A DNA stretch of 58,557 nt, filler included, from Basidiobolus ranarum (taxonomy: Eukaryota), in NCBI GenBank assembly GCA_040143965.1. It is 8 parts of 8 records of this genome, joined end to end, with 100 filler letters (N's around TTAATTAATTAA, not from the genome) between each part and the next. Parts side by side here need not be neighbours in the genome. Positions count along the whole stretch, not along the records: positions 7,353 to 14,600 come from JASJQH010008032.1; positions 14,701 to 21,936 come from JASJQH010008033.1; 6 more parts are not named here. One strand, written 5' to 3'. The position numbers were made by a program, and so were the translations under genes. Position 1 is the first letter of the stretch; every line of letters begins with the position of its first letter. Below the pieces are notes generated by a model, which saw only the letters and a program-made list of their open reading frames with translations, did no database searches and was not told the DNA's origin. This document shows, piece by piece, positions 10,730 through 22,036 of this stretch.

Positions 10730-12770
10730 TTCTGATGATTCCATGGCTAATCATAAATATTGGATAAAAACTATGACCAATTGGCTATCATCCATTGGAG
10801 TCCCTCTAAAAGAAGATGACTTAGTAATGACACTACTTGGGAGCCTGCTGGACAAGTTTGAGAACCTCATAATTGCCCTAGAATCAAGATTAAAACCATT
10901 AACAATGGAATATTGCTAGGCCTTTCAATCAGGAATTAAAGAGAACTAATTCCCAACAAAGTAATGCAGATCAGTCTTTTTTTGGAGCTGAGAATTGTCC
11001 AACAGGCTTCAACAATGGTGCACATAGCAGGAAATCAATTATTTGCAAGTATTGCAAGAAATCAGGCCATTCAAACACAGATTGTAGAAAAAGGACTTTT
11101 GCCACAAAGCCAAAATTGAAACAGGCAAATCAAGTAGGCATTGATAGGAATTATCTACTTGTGTCTGGCCTATCAGCAATCACCAAGGAAGACTCAGAAA
11201 TGTGATACATTGCCTCATGAGCTTCCCAACATATTTCAAACAAGAATTATTAGTCTTGCAGCTTAGAACCCATCCAAACAAGGAAATTCTACTTGGGTGA
11301 TGACTAGGCACTAGATGAAGTTGGTAAGGGCACAGTTGTGCTCGACTTAAACCAAAATTCAACTACACCATCATCAAAAATGGATGATGCACTCTAAGTA
11401 CCAAATGTAGAACAGAATCTACTCTCAGGAAGCCAAGCAACAACTCAAGGACAACATTTTGTCACAGATCAAAATTGTATCACAATAGTGAATAGGATCA
11501 AAATTTAGTACTTATCCAAGCTAAAACTCAGCAAATTGCACTCTGAGCATATAAACTTGGCCAAAACTTGTAAAATAAGTGGTCAAACATGGCATAACTA
11601 TTTAAGCCACATTGCAGAACAACAACTAACCCAAATGATCCAAAATCAGCTTGTTATAAGCATAGGAACTGAAAATATCACTAAATTGGACATGTGTGAA
11701 GGTTATGTATATGAAGAACATCACGGACAGCTGCTTTAAAGCTCTGGAGATATCAAGTCCACTCAGAATCTTGCCCTCATTCATTCTGACCCATGTGGTC
11801 CCATAGAAAATGTCCCTCTAGGTGGCAAAAGGTACTTCATGACTTTTGTTGATGATGTAACAAGCTATACTTAGATATTCTTTTTCAAATCAAAGTCTGA
11901 AGCCTTGGCTATGCTCAAGCACTACAAAGCAATTGTAGAGAAAGAATTTACACAAAAAAATGGGATCTTAGGGGCAAAAATGATGGAGTATACTGCTCCA
12001 AAGACTTTGCTAGTATTTGCTCTCAACATGGAATTAGGCAACACACTACTGTACCGGCTATTCCACAGCAAAATGGAGTTGCAGAATGTGCTAGTAGGGA
12101 CATAGTGAAGATGGCAAGATCAATGTTACATGATCAAAAGTGAGATTACCAACTATGGGCTGAATCTGTCTCCACCGCAGTCTACATCAAAAACAGAGGC
12201 TCAACAAGAATGCCACAATATTCCTCTCCATTTGAAGCCATATATGGATTAAAATCAAGTGTGGAACATTTCTGGATCTTTGGTGGCACAGCATATTGCC
12301 TAATTTGAGCCCCAAAACACTCAAAATTGCGACCCAAAAGCAGAAACTGCATATATGTTGGTTACTCTGACGGTTCTAAGGACTAAGAACTGTTTGATAC
12401 TGAACATTATGAGCAAATTATATGCAGAGCTGTGATTTTTAACGAAAAAGCAAATTGTCATCTCAAGTCACAGTTCTTGGTCCAGAAAAAATAATCAGCA
12501 CTGTTCAGGAAATCTTGGACAGAATTCCAGCTCTATCTTGGCACTATATAACCAATATATCAGCCCCAATTTCATCAGAGGATGATACAGGACTTAGTAG
12601 AAAAGTCAGGCAGACAAATAAGCCAAGGAACTAGTGGAGCACTTCCAATGAAGTTGTCAATGATTGTGCAGCATTTTGTTACAGTCCACAGATTGTAGAT
12701 CAAGCTCTGGAGTGTCTTGAAGCAAAATTATGGAAAAAGCAAAGTTGGATGAGTTTACCTCACTTCAGGA
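10730..12770 (+). mobile_element. Degenerate Copia gag-protease-integrase remnant
   Basis: EDDLVMTLLGSL, CKYCKKSGHSNTDC, LIHSDPCGP, YFMTFVDDVT, PQQNGVAE, LWAESVSTAVYIKNR; many stops and frameshifts. Confidence 0.85.
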
Positions 12771-12779
12771 CTGATAAAA

Positions 12780-13664
12780 GTGTTGCCATCTCCACTATGG
12801 TCCTATTAGCATATTCTGCAACTCCATTTTGCTGTGAAGTATAAGGTACAGTAGTTTGTTGCTTAATTCCATGTTTAGAACAAAAACTAGCAAAGTCTTT
12901 AGAGCAGTATTCTGCAACATTATCACTCCTGAGTACCCTTTTTTTGTGCTGATTTTTTCTCTACCATTGCTTGGTAATGCTTGAACATAGCTATGGCTTC
13001 TGATTTTGATTTGAGAAAGAATATCAAGTATATCTTGTTTTGTCATCAATCAAGGTCATAAAGTAAAGTTGTAGACAAAGTGTAGAGAGTGCTTTCCTCT
13101 GCTTCTTGTGAAAGGCAAGGAAAGCTTGTGGTGGTCCCTTTGGCTCTTTTTCTTCCCCTCTAACAAATCCCTAAAGGTCCTTGTGTTCTAGCACCATTTG
13201 CATCTTAAACTTCCAAAGGTGAAAGTTTTCACCATCAAACTTCTCTGAGGATGCAAAAACATTAGTAATAGTACTGGTTGATATTCCTTTAGCAGCTAGC
13301 TTGGTGCTCATAACCTGATAAAATATTCAGGGGACTCCAAGATGTATTGGACAAGATTTGGATTTGTGAGTCAGACACTTTTAATTTATTGATTTGACTT
13401 TGTCCTATTTGGAGTTTACTATGAAATACAACTATTGGACAAGCTTAGATCATAAAAAACATGCATGTTAAGCATGGGTCAAAATTTGAGATGATTTGGA
13501 GAGGTTTTGAGAAAATGGTTAGAATTGGTAAAAGTGATCTAATTGATATTTCTATCAATTGGAACAATACATACACTTTTGGATGGCAGAATTGAGTGCT
13601 AAACAATCAAAATATGAATAAACTAACTATCAAATAATGAATTGCTATTTACCAAATTTCAACA
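12780..13664 (-). mobile_element. Copia 5' end, internally deleted: 5' LTR 13316-13664, PBS 13304-13315, gag start and integrase fragment
   Basis: LTR TGTTGAAA...TATCA followed immediately by GGTTATGAGCAC; EKFDGENFHLWKFKMQMVL; SQQNGVAE. Confidence 0.85.
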
Positions 13665-14019
13665 GGGAGCCTGCCAGATGGTTTTGCGAACCTCATAATT
13701 GCTCATGATTCAAGATCAGAGCCATCAACAATGAATTATGATGGTGTTATGCTTTTGATTGAGGAATTAAGTGTTGCAATTCTTAGGTACCTAAGAATTA
13801 TAGGGGTTTAGTAAGCTAGTATTGTATTCACTAAAACTGGACTGAAGTGTATTGGGGGAGATATTCCTCTGTTTGTACTTGAAGTGATAGATCAAATGAA
13901 TCATAGCTCATCTACTGATTAGCAATCTAATTACTATGATAGGATCTACCTACATCACACTGGGGTAGCTCTATTCTTGGGCAAGACATCTTTATAATTA
14001 GCACATCATAACATTCTCT

Positions 14020-14600
14020 CTCACTGAGAATGAAAAGGCTCTCCTAAGTCTTTCTTTTTTTAGTTCCAATATTTGGTTGGTGGAGCATCTTCTAGGAGTC
14101 TGGCCACTCTTAGTCTATCCTAACATGCTAGGTGTTCCTTACTACACTACATAATTATGTGCAAGCTGATATGTCTAGACTGGGTATTATCTAACAACTT
14201 TGAAAAGTCCTGTCCAAAGAGATTCAAACCTGCTCTTGGACTTATTGCTTAACAGTAGAGGTTCCTTAAGCAATTGATTGTGGGTTTACAGTATTATCAT
14301 AACAAGTCTGATTTTTTGAGGAAAATTGCTTCAACTCTGGCTTTTGCTGCATTTCTCTCTATTGTGAGCTTCTTCATTGCTTTGATTTAGCTAAGTTTAT
14401 CTTCCAAAAGGTTGGTAAGTTTCTGTGACTCCATTGTGTCATTTTCCTTTATAGCAACTTTTGGGTAATAACATACTTCTGAGAGGCATGTTCTGTCTTT
14501 ACAGTAGTCTGGACTCCTTTCAAATTGCATATCCAGACTTAGAGGCAGCAGATATTGTCAAGCAACATTTTTTCATGAACTGGAGAGTACTAAAGAGCAC
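14020..14600 (-). mobile_element. Degenerate Gypsy integrase C-terminal (GPY/F) remnant
   Basis: RFESLWTGLFKVV...TYQLA resembles the GPY/F motif; CpG-depleted. Confidence 0.5.
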
Positions 14601-14700
14601 NNNNNNNNNNNNNNNNNNNNNNNNNNNNNNNNNNNNNNNNNNNNTTAATTAATTAANNNNNNNNNNNNNNNNNNNNNNNNNNNNNNNNNNNNNNNNNNNN

Positions 14701-14802
14701 TTTGAGATTAATGGTAAGCAGGGTGCTAGTGCTGGACTTCGATCATCTGTCAAACTTCTTCAACCTAACGCCCCTCAATTCTGGGACCTTGAATCTGCAT
14801 AA
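14701..14802 (+). CDS. 3' end of a chitinase paralog (contig-truncated), tail-to-tail with 15161-16966
   Basis: FEINGKQGASAGLRSSVKLLQPNAPQFWDLESA*; 14701-14771 is identical to the reverse complement of 15189-15259. Confidence 0.85.
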   Translation, partial: FEINGKQGASAGLRSSVKLLQPNAPQFWDLESA

Positions 14803-15160
14803 TTAATGATTCCCAAAAAATGATACCCAACATCCAGAAATTCAGTTATTTGTTCAAGAAATAAAATCAATTATCTTGTCACTAAATCTGTTAAATTCAA
14901 GCTTAATTTCATTCCCAGAGATTAAATATTCAACTTGGTATGCTTTCATACTCAACATCGTAATATGAATAAATGAGATTCAAGTAAATAGTGGAGTTCA
15001 AGTTATTTTACCTTTACCAAGACATTGACTACATCAATACTCCCCTACCGATCTCTTGAATATCAATAAATACCTGAACGGTATATTGAATAGTTAATTT
15101 ACAATGGGGAACAAAAGTATTGATTTTATTAGAATTCTAAAATTTCCTATCACCAAAAGT

Positions 15161-16966
15161 CTACGAAGAATGAAAATCCCAAAATTGAGCGTTAGGTTGA
15201 AGAAGTTTGACAGATGATCGAAGTCCAGCACTAGCACCCTGCTTACCATTAATCTCAAACAAGATCGCCATATTGTACTTGGGTTCCTTCGAAGCTTCAC
15301 TGAGGACAGTGACCAAATTTCCTTGTTGGGTAAAAGTACCACGAGTGACGGAGGTCACGTTCTGACCAGTTGGGAGTGAGAAATCAACTTTCCACTGGTT
15401 TGAGAAAGCTTTCCCGGTGGTGCGGATACGAACTAGGGTAGTGAATTCAGTAGTAGTGGTTGCATCTCCCCGGACAAAGTCTATTAGAGCATCTTTTGCT
15501 ACTGCACTCGAGTCAGGTACTCTCTTACGAAGAGCACTATTAGAACTACAACTCTGGACATTTTGACCAGCAGCCCAATCGCAATACACTCCAGACGATC
15601 CACTGGCACAGTACAATGACTTATCCGTACTGCATGGGCTCAATACCCATTTGCCATTATCGCATCTAGCAAAGTTGTAGCCATTGCAGCCCATTGCGTT
15701 GCTTGTGCAAGTTCCTCCTTGCACTGGGCAGTTGGGATTAGATGTAGGACTGGGTAATTGTGAGGTTCTGGTGGAAGTAGTGGTAGTGCTACGAGTACTA
15801 GATAGTGAGGAGGTAGTTGCTTTGGTTGTCTGTCTGGTAGATGTCGGCTGAGTGGCTGTACTTGTGATAACACTTGTACTAGGCAGAGAGGAGGTCGTGG
15901 TTTTCGTAATCTGACTTGCAGCGGTTGATTGGGTAGTTGGAGATACTGCAGTACTAGGATTGTTGCCGCATGAAGCTCCTCCAGACTTTAACTCATTCTT
16001 AACCTGTACGGCGAAACTTGACCCACCATCGGTGTTCATGTCGGAAGTTGATGCATCCCAGACCATCACGCCACCAAATGAAGAGTATTTGCTTCTAATA
16101 CTTTGCACCACTTGATTGACTTGTGCTGCTGGAATGTATCCAGTACTTGCTGATTTAGCGGATCCTGGAACACCAAGGAAGATCTTGACATTCTTGTTTG
16201 CCGATTGAGTGACAGCCCAATTGTGCCAGGTGTCAAAGTTGAATTGAGCTGAATTACTTGCAGAACAATAGTTGTTGTAGAATTGCACGAATACCATGTC
16301 AAACCAAGCTGTGTTCAACGTGGTGCCTAGGAAGGCATCTGGGAATGGGCATTGAGGTGCACTGGTGATGTAGTACTTCTTACTGGTATCTTGGGCGAAG
16401 TAACCTCGTAGCCCACTAATCAGTGCTGCATAACCAGCGGTGCCACCACCTTCAATATCTAGATCTATTCCGTCAAGAACTGCTGATCCGAATGGGCGTG
16501 TGGATGATGAGCCACCCAAGAAAAGATCCCAGACAGTCTTGGAGAAAGTAGTAGCATCTGCATCATTGCTAAAGCCATAAGAGCCTGTTGCACCTCCCAA
16601 GGACATGATCACCTTCTTGCCCTTAGATTGGCAGTATTTGATATCATCTCCAATATCGGGGCAACTCAACAGCGAAGTGCCTGGAAACACGGTACTATCG
16701 CAATGGAAGGACAGGTTAATCTCGGGAAGTTTATTTGTCCCTGAGTTGAAGATGTCTAAGAAGGCGACATTCAAGACGTCTACAGTGTCATCCTCACAGT
16801 AACTGCGGATAGACTTCTCCCACTTGGATTCATCAGGTGTACTAACACCGTAAGAGTTTTGGCCCCAATATGCAACAAAGTTATTGTTACAATTATCTTG
16901 GAAAGCAGCTGTAACAGCCAAACTGAAGAGAATACTAGCGAGTACCTTCATTCGAGATGTAGACAT
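15161..16966 (-). CDS. Secreted GH18 chitinase (class III/subgroup B, CTS1-like) with Ser/Thr linker, CBM19-like Cys module and C-terminal domain
   Basis: Signal peptide, VAYWGQN, SLGGA, catalytic DGIDLDIE, SAPQCPFPD, VQFYNN, GGVMVWD; no introns. Confidence 0.95.
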   Translation of the reverse strand: MSTSRMKVLASILFSLAVTAAFQDNCNNNFVAYWGQNSYGVSTPDESKWEKSIRSYCEDDTVDVLNVAFLDIFNSGTNKLPEINLSFHCDSTVFPGTSLLSCPDIGDDIKYCQSKGKKVIMSLGGATGSYGFSNDADATTFSKTVWDLFLGGSSSTRPFGSAVLDGIDLDIEGGGTAGYAALISGLRGYFAQDTSKKYYITSAPQCPFPDAFLGTTLNTAWFDMVFVQFYNNYCSASNSAQFNFDTWHNWAVTQSANKNVKIFLGVPGSAKSASTGYIPAAQVNQVVQSIRSKYSSFGGVMVWDASTSDMNTDGGSSFAVQVKNELKSGGASCGNNPSTAVSPTTQSTAASQITKTTTSSLPSTSVITSTATQPTSTRQTTKATTSSLSSTRSTTTTSTRTSQLPSPTSNPNCPVQGGTCTSNAMGCNGYNFARCDNGKWVLSPCSTDKSLYCASGSSGVYCDWAAGQNVQSCSSNSALRKRVPDSSAVAKDALIDFVRGDATTTTEFTTLVRIRTTGKAFSNQWKVDFSLPTGQNVTSVTRGTFTQQGNLVTVLSEASKEPKYNMAILFEINGKQGASAGLRSSVKLLQPNAQFWDFHSS

Positions 16967-19345
16967 GATGCGTTATTTGCAGAGACTTGGTGTTTGCGAT
17001 TATTTGGTAATCACACTTATATATCAAAATTGGAGACCTTTATGGTTGGTGAACTGGTATTTATGCCGAGTTCTGTACATAGGTTTATTTGGCTTTCTTT
17101 ACTAATCGAAGCACGGGAAAGCTTCTATATGGTTAGATAACTCAAAAGAAATTTATTTTCAATTGCGCCTACTGGCCTGAGTTGAATATTGAACTAATTT
17201 AAGAAAGCTGGTAGCATAATTTAATAGTAACTTTTCCTTTTCTAGTAAAGCTATATTAAGTGTGTTGCATATTGTATTTTGACTGGTGACTCTTTTTAAT
17301 TATATATGTATCTCCTTTAACTCTTTTACATCCAACGGGTGACTCCAATTCTTCTTCAGAGAGCATCATTTAGTGATGATGAAATAGCTTGCCCATATAT
17401 CTCTTTTTTCTTAATCAATTGCTGTCGGTTGACAGGTTAGTGTCATACCGGTAGGTTGAATAAAGTAATAGATCGTGGCTAATATTAAAATAATTCTAGC
17501 CGATGTTGCTATATTTGACAGTGAAAGCGTAGCAATATACATCTATTAATGCTAACGCATATAACAAACAAGTTGAATACCGGAATACTGTTCTATATGA
17601 AGGAAAAAAGTAACTGTCTATCTCCAGGAACTCATGGGAGCTACAGTACTCTCATATTAGTGGCGAAAAGTATCGACTACTTCAAGAAAAAGATTATTTT
17701 TATCCTTTGCATCAATAAAGTTGTCACGTTAATAGATCGTGACAATTCATATCCCGATTGCTAAACCAATGATCGATAGTGATTTTTCAGCCAGTAATCT
17801 TACCTGAAAGGAAATCTGGGCTTCAACTTAGGCAATTCATGCTCCATGAGGCCAATCGGATATGAATTTACAATGTTATCATCTTTTGTTGCTTGTCTGG
17901 GTGCAGTGCTTAAAATATTGAGCGATTTGTTTTTGCATGTGTGCGCATCAAGCATTGATGTGATCTGTTGATTGGCATTTAGAATCGATCTAAGATTAAT
18001 CGAAACCTAAGTGCATACGACTAAAATCAAATATCTCGCATTACTTAAGAATAGTGCAATGGCCGTCGTTGGGATATATATTGGTCCGGGAATACCGGAT
18101 ACTAAGTAATTTTTGAAGGTTTAAAGTAGTAGGCTGGATTGCGCTTTTGGTGTATACATATCGTATTATAAGAGAAGTCTCTAGTAGTATTCTCAAGATA
18201 GTTTGGGTGAGCGTATACTAGAAGCATTGTGAGAATACTTCCGGGGCAATCTACTATCAAAGCTTCTGGAGTATGACAATTTTATTGTTGGTTCTCTCGT
18301 ACATTCTAGCTAGTCTTTATATCGTGTAATCATATGTGTAAGAGAGACCTACATTTGAGAAACTTTGCAGTTTCAAGATTTATATATCAACTATAGATAT
18401 ACCAGTCATGGTGGTGAGCTAATGCTGATATTTAGCACTTGAGCTATCAATTATGACATTCACAGTTGTATGAAGCTTGTTCGCTTACTCAGTGTATATC
18501 AGTTGTATTGCAAACCTTTATATCTCCATGCAAACGTAATACGCAGCCTTCAAAGACTGGATACCACTATTTTTACGCTTGTGTCCTTACTGTTTAAACT
18601 AGAATAATCTCTCTATCGTTGGCTCTCATCTTATAGATAGCAGATCTGCTTCAGGTTGGATAATGCATTTAGTGTTTTATTGTGGCGAAGAATCTTTGTA
18701 TTAAATCTTCTAGTAGAGTGGAGTGGATTTTGGGCATTGGTTCAGGTACGGAACATGTATTCTAAGTAGCGGACATAATGTTGGAAGTATTTGGGCGGAG
18801 TTAGAAATATTTTGGATGATTCACAGAATTGAAATTTTTGTCTTTTCTTAACATTTGATGTTGTAATTTGGACTTCAGTAGTCAGTAAAGAGGTGTCATT
18901 GATGCCAAATAGGGCATACTATCATTCTATTACATACCTAACTATTAAGATATCTGAGAATGTACAACTGCTACTTCACAATATGCTTGTATGATACTTG
19001 GCCAGATTTTCATTGGATGTATTGGAAAGAAAATGTTATGGTTATGTGTAGAGCTTGATCACTGAATGATCAAGCGATCAATCATTTCAATTTTAAAGTT
19101 GATCTATGATTTGTGTTGTGTTTAAAAAATGATGTGACTGAATCTATTCTTTATTTATTCCCCAAATAGTTATATGGTTTACCAGACAATGTTTGTTAGT
19201 TTTGCAAATTGTCTTATCAATATTCTTTGGTTGTGATTGATGGCCACTAACAGTGGCTGAGCCCAAATATATTAAGTAACTTGAAATTTAAACTAATGAC
19301 AACTCTGTTAAAATTAGCATTGTCTAAACACATATATAGTCCTAT

Positions 19346-19614
19346 ATAGCTTAGTATTGAGTTATTTTAAATTGAACTAAGATATTGTCCATTATTTGAT
19401 ATCTGAATTTACTTGGAAGTTTTCAGATATATAGTAGCCCCAAACTTTGCACACATGTTCCTAAGACCTTCTTTAACACATTCTACATGTTGGTGCATTT
19501 ACATTTTGACAAAAGTGTATATGTCAACTTTCAACTCAATAAATCAATAAGTGAAAACCACCAATTTCATTAATTCTCCAGACCACTTCCAACAGGCTCC
19601 CAAACACTGTAACA
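19346..19614 (+). repeat. LTR-like repeat family C (reverse-complement partial copy at 51142-51252)
   Basis: tcaataaatcaataagtgaaaacca...ccacttccaacaggctcccaaa...aaca matches the reverse complement of 51142-51252. The left boundary is approximate. Confidence 0.65.
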
Positions 19615-21445
19615 AACTTCACTGCATAACCATGACTTCTTGTTACAACTACTACTTGACTTGTGTGAGGATTTAATGCACTTTAGGGTTAGAGATTTCT
19701 TGGGCAGTTTCAAAGTTCTTAATTTCTGGTGCAAACGTAAGTTGTGTACTATGTGAATTCATATTTCTAATGGAGCATAATGGGGCTAGATGTATATGTT
19801 GACCATAGTATAATCATTCAAACAGTGTACAAATTCTTTGTGGCTCAAATTTAAAGAGCTACATCATCCACTGTCAGCTCCTGGCCTCTGGTTTGTTACA
19901 AAAACGGCTGTCCCATATTGCTCCGAGAATCTGAGTTATATTGAAAGAATTCTAAGAATTGAAGTTGCTATGGGTTTGAGATATATACTAAAGGCCAGAA
20001 CTACGAAAATGCTGTTTCAAGTGTAATTCAGAAAAATAAAATGCAGTTGTACTCACAACATGCATTAGAATTAGATAGCCCTTGGGAGAGTTGATTTGCA
20101 TAATTTTGAGATTTCAAGTTCAACATTTGAAAGTCTTCCTATTTTGGGTAATGTGATCTAGTGCTAACAAATGGAAACAAAGCTTGATATATGAAATAGT
20201 CTTGAGCATCAAGATAGGGAAAGTATTATAGAGATTTCACAAATATGTGCTAAAGTAGAGACAAACTTCCAAAGAGTCTATACTAACTCAAATGTTCTAC
20301 TGAGGGATATGAGCAGCATCTGTTCATGCCAGAGATCCATTAAATATTAATAAGATGCAAGAATTGTGTTGCAATCTATGTGATATTAGTATTCTTATTT
20401 TGTAATCAATGCTTTGTAGAACTCGAAGGAGTAGAATTGCACAGTCATGAAAGGGATTAATTACTATGTAGCATAAAAATAATACTCTAATAGTGCTGGA
20501 AATAACTGTATATAAATACTTAGTATTATTGTTCCAATTTAAAATAACATCAAAACTGCACTCTGGAATAAATTCCCAATTGGTTACTCTATGTTTAGCT
20601 CTAACATCGTTTATATTATGGTAGTTATTTCTATAAAGCGATTGTCATGGGTATCATTCATTGCTAGTATCTTTTAATACCCATTCCCAAATCTCTTTCC
20701 TCTTGATCAATACAGATATGAAGAGAACCCTCAAATCATCTCCTATAACTACATAGCCATGTAAATATCTATATCTTCCACTACCAAAATACTTCAAGTC
20801 GTGGCTGGTTCAGGGTATATCTATTTGGAGTAGATGTAGACAATTTGAAGCATGACAACATGATCAAAAGATGATTCAAGTATACAGTAATCATAAATAT
20901 ACCATTTTTAAGCTTAAAATTGCGTTAATTTAAACAATAAATGAGCAATAGTACTAGTAATTAATTCCTCTATCCCGTGAGGACATGAATAATATGATTA
21001 TTGGTAACGATTCACAACATGCAGTGTATTCGCATGATAACCATGTGAAACTGGGATATTGTCATTTTACACAACACACTACAGAACTGTCTTAGATATC
21101 AATTACACACACTACACCCCCTCTCTGAGAGAATTAGTAATAGCCTTGGCCAACGTGATGTTCGAGACCGTGAGGCATTTAAGTAGGTGCAGAGGATTGG
21201 GTGGCTACGATCTATAAGGACTAGTGATGTACAATCAAATCCACCAATCCAAATCAACTTAATAATCCATTAAAACTATATCGATTGAGTACTGTAAACA
21301 TATATTTGAATAAGAAGGTACATGGCCGCTGAGATATTTATCATAGTGATGAAAAAGTACGTTATATAGCGACAAAAATGGGTGGAAAATATACAAAAGA
21401 ATTACGAGACAAAAAATCCAGCCAAAGTAAGACAATCCCCAGGAT

Positions 21446-21898
21446 TTACTCGGAGTTTGACTGCGAAGACGGTGAACGAGTAGTAGATTTTTGAGAAAAA
21501 CTTGGTAAATTCTCCCCTTTGGATATAAACAAACTTCTGAGCCAAACAATCTATATAACATGACATAATTTAGTTAGGCATTTTATAAAGCAAACCAATT
21601 ACTATTCTTACCTCATTCTCCAACATCTTCACTTTATCCAGAGAATTTTGCTTCTCCAATCGTACTTGGTGAAGTTCATTTTGTAATTCGTTCATTTTTT
21701 GTGCAAACGGATTTTCCTGCTCCAATTCTTTCACTCTTTGTTCGAGTAGTTGACATTTTTCCAACGCCTCCTTTTCACGCTGCTTTCTACGATCTCGAAA
21801 TCTAGCCGAAGCAGTGGCATTTCTACGTCTCTTTTCGTCCAGATATTGAGCATGCAGATGGATTTGTTGACCCAAAACACCCTGATCCAGTCTGTAAC
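21446..21898 (-). CDS. bZIP transcription factor (CYS-3/MetR/Zip1-like basic region), 5'-truncated; intron 21551-21611
   Basis: DEKRRRNATASARFRDRRKQRE plus zipper; splicing gives LENE|IVWLRSLFISK...SE*; upstream acceptor ttttgcag ends at 21899. Confidence 0.8.
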
Positions 21899-22036
21899 CT
21901 GCAAAAGTTGCTATATGGACTCAAGCAAGCTCTTAGNNNNNNNNNNNNNNNNNNNNNNNNNNNNNNNNNNNNNNNNNNNNTTAATTAATTAANNNNNNNN
22001 NNNNNNNNNNNNNNNNNNNNNNNNNNNNNNNNNNNN

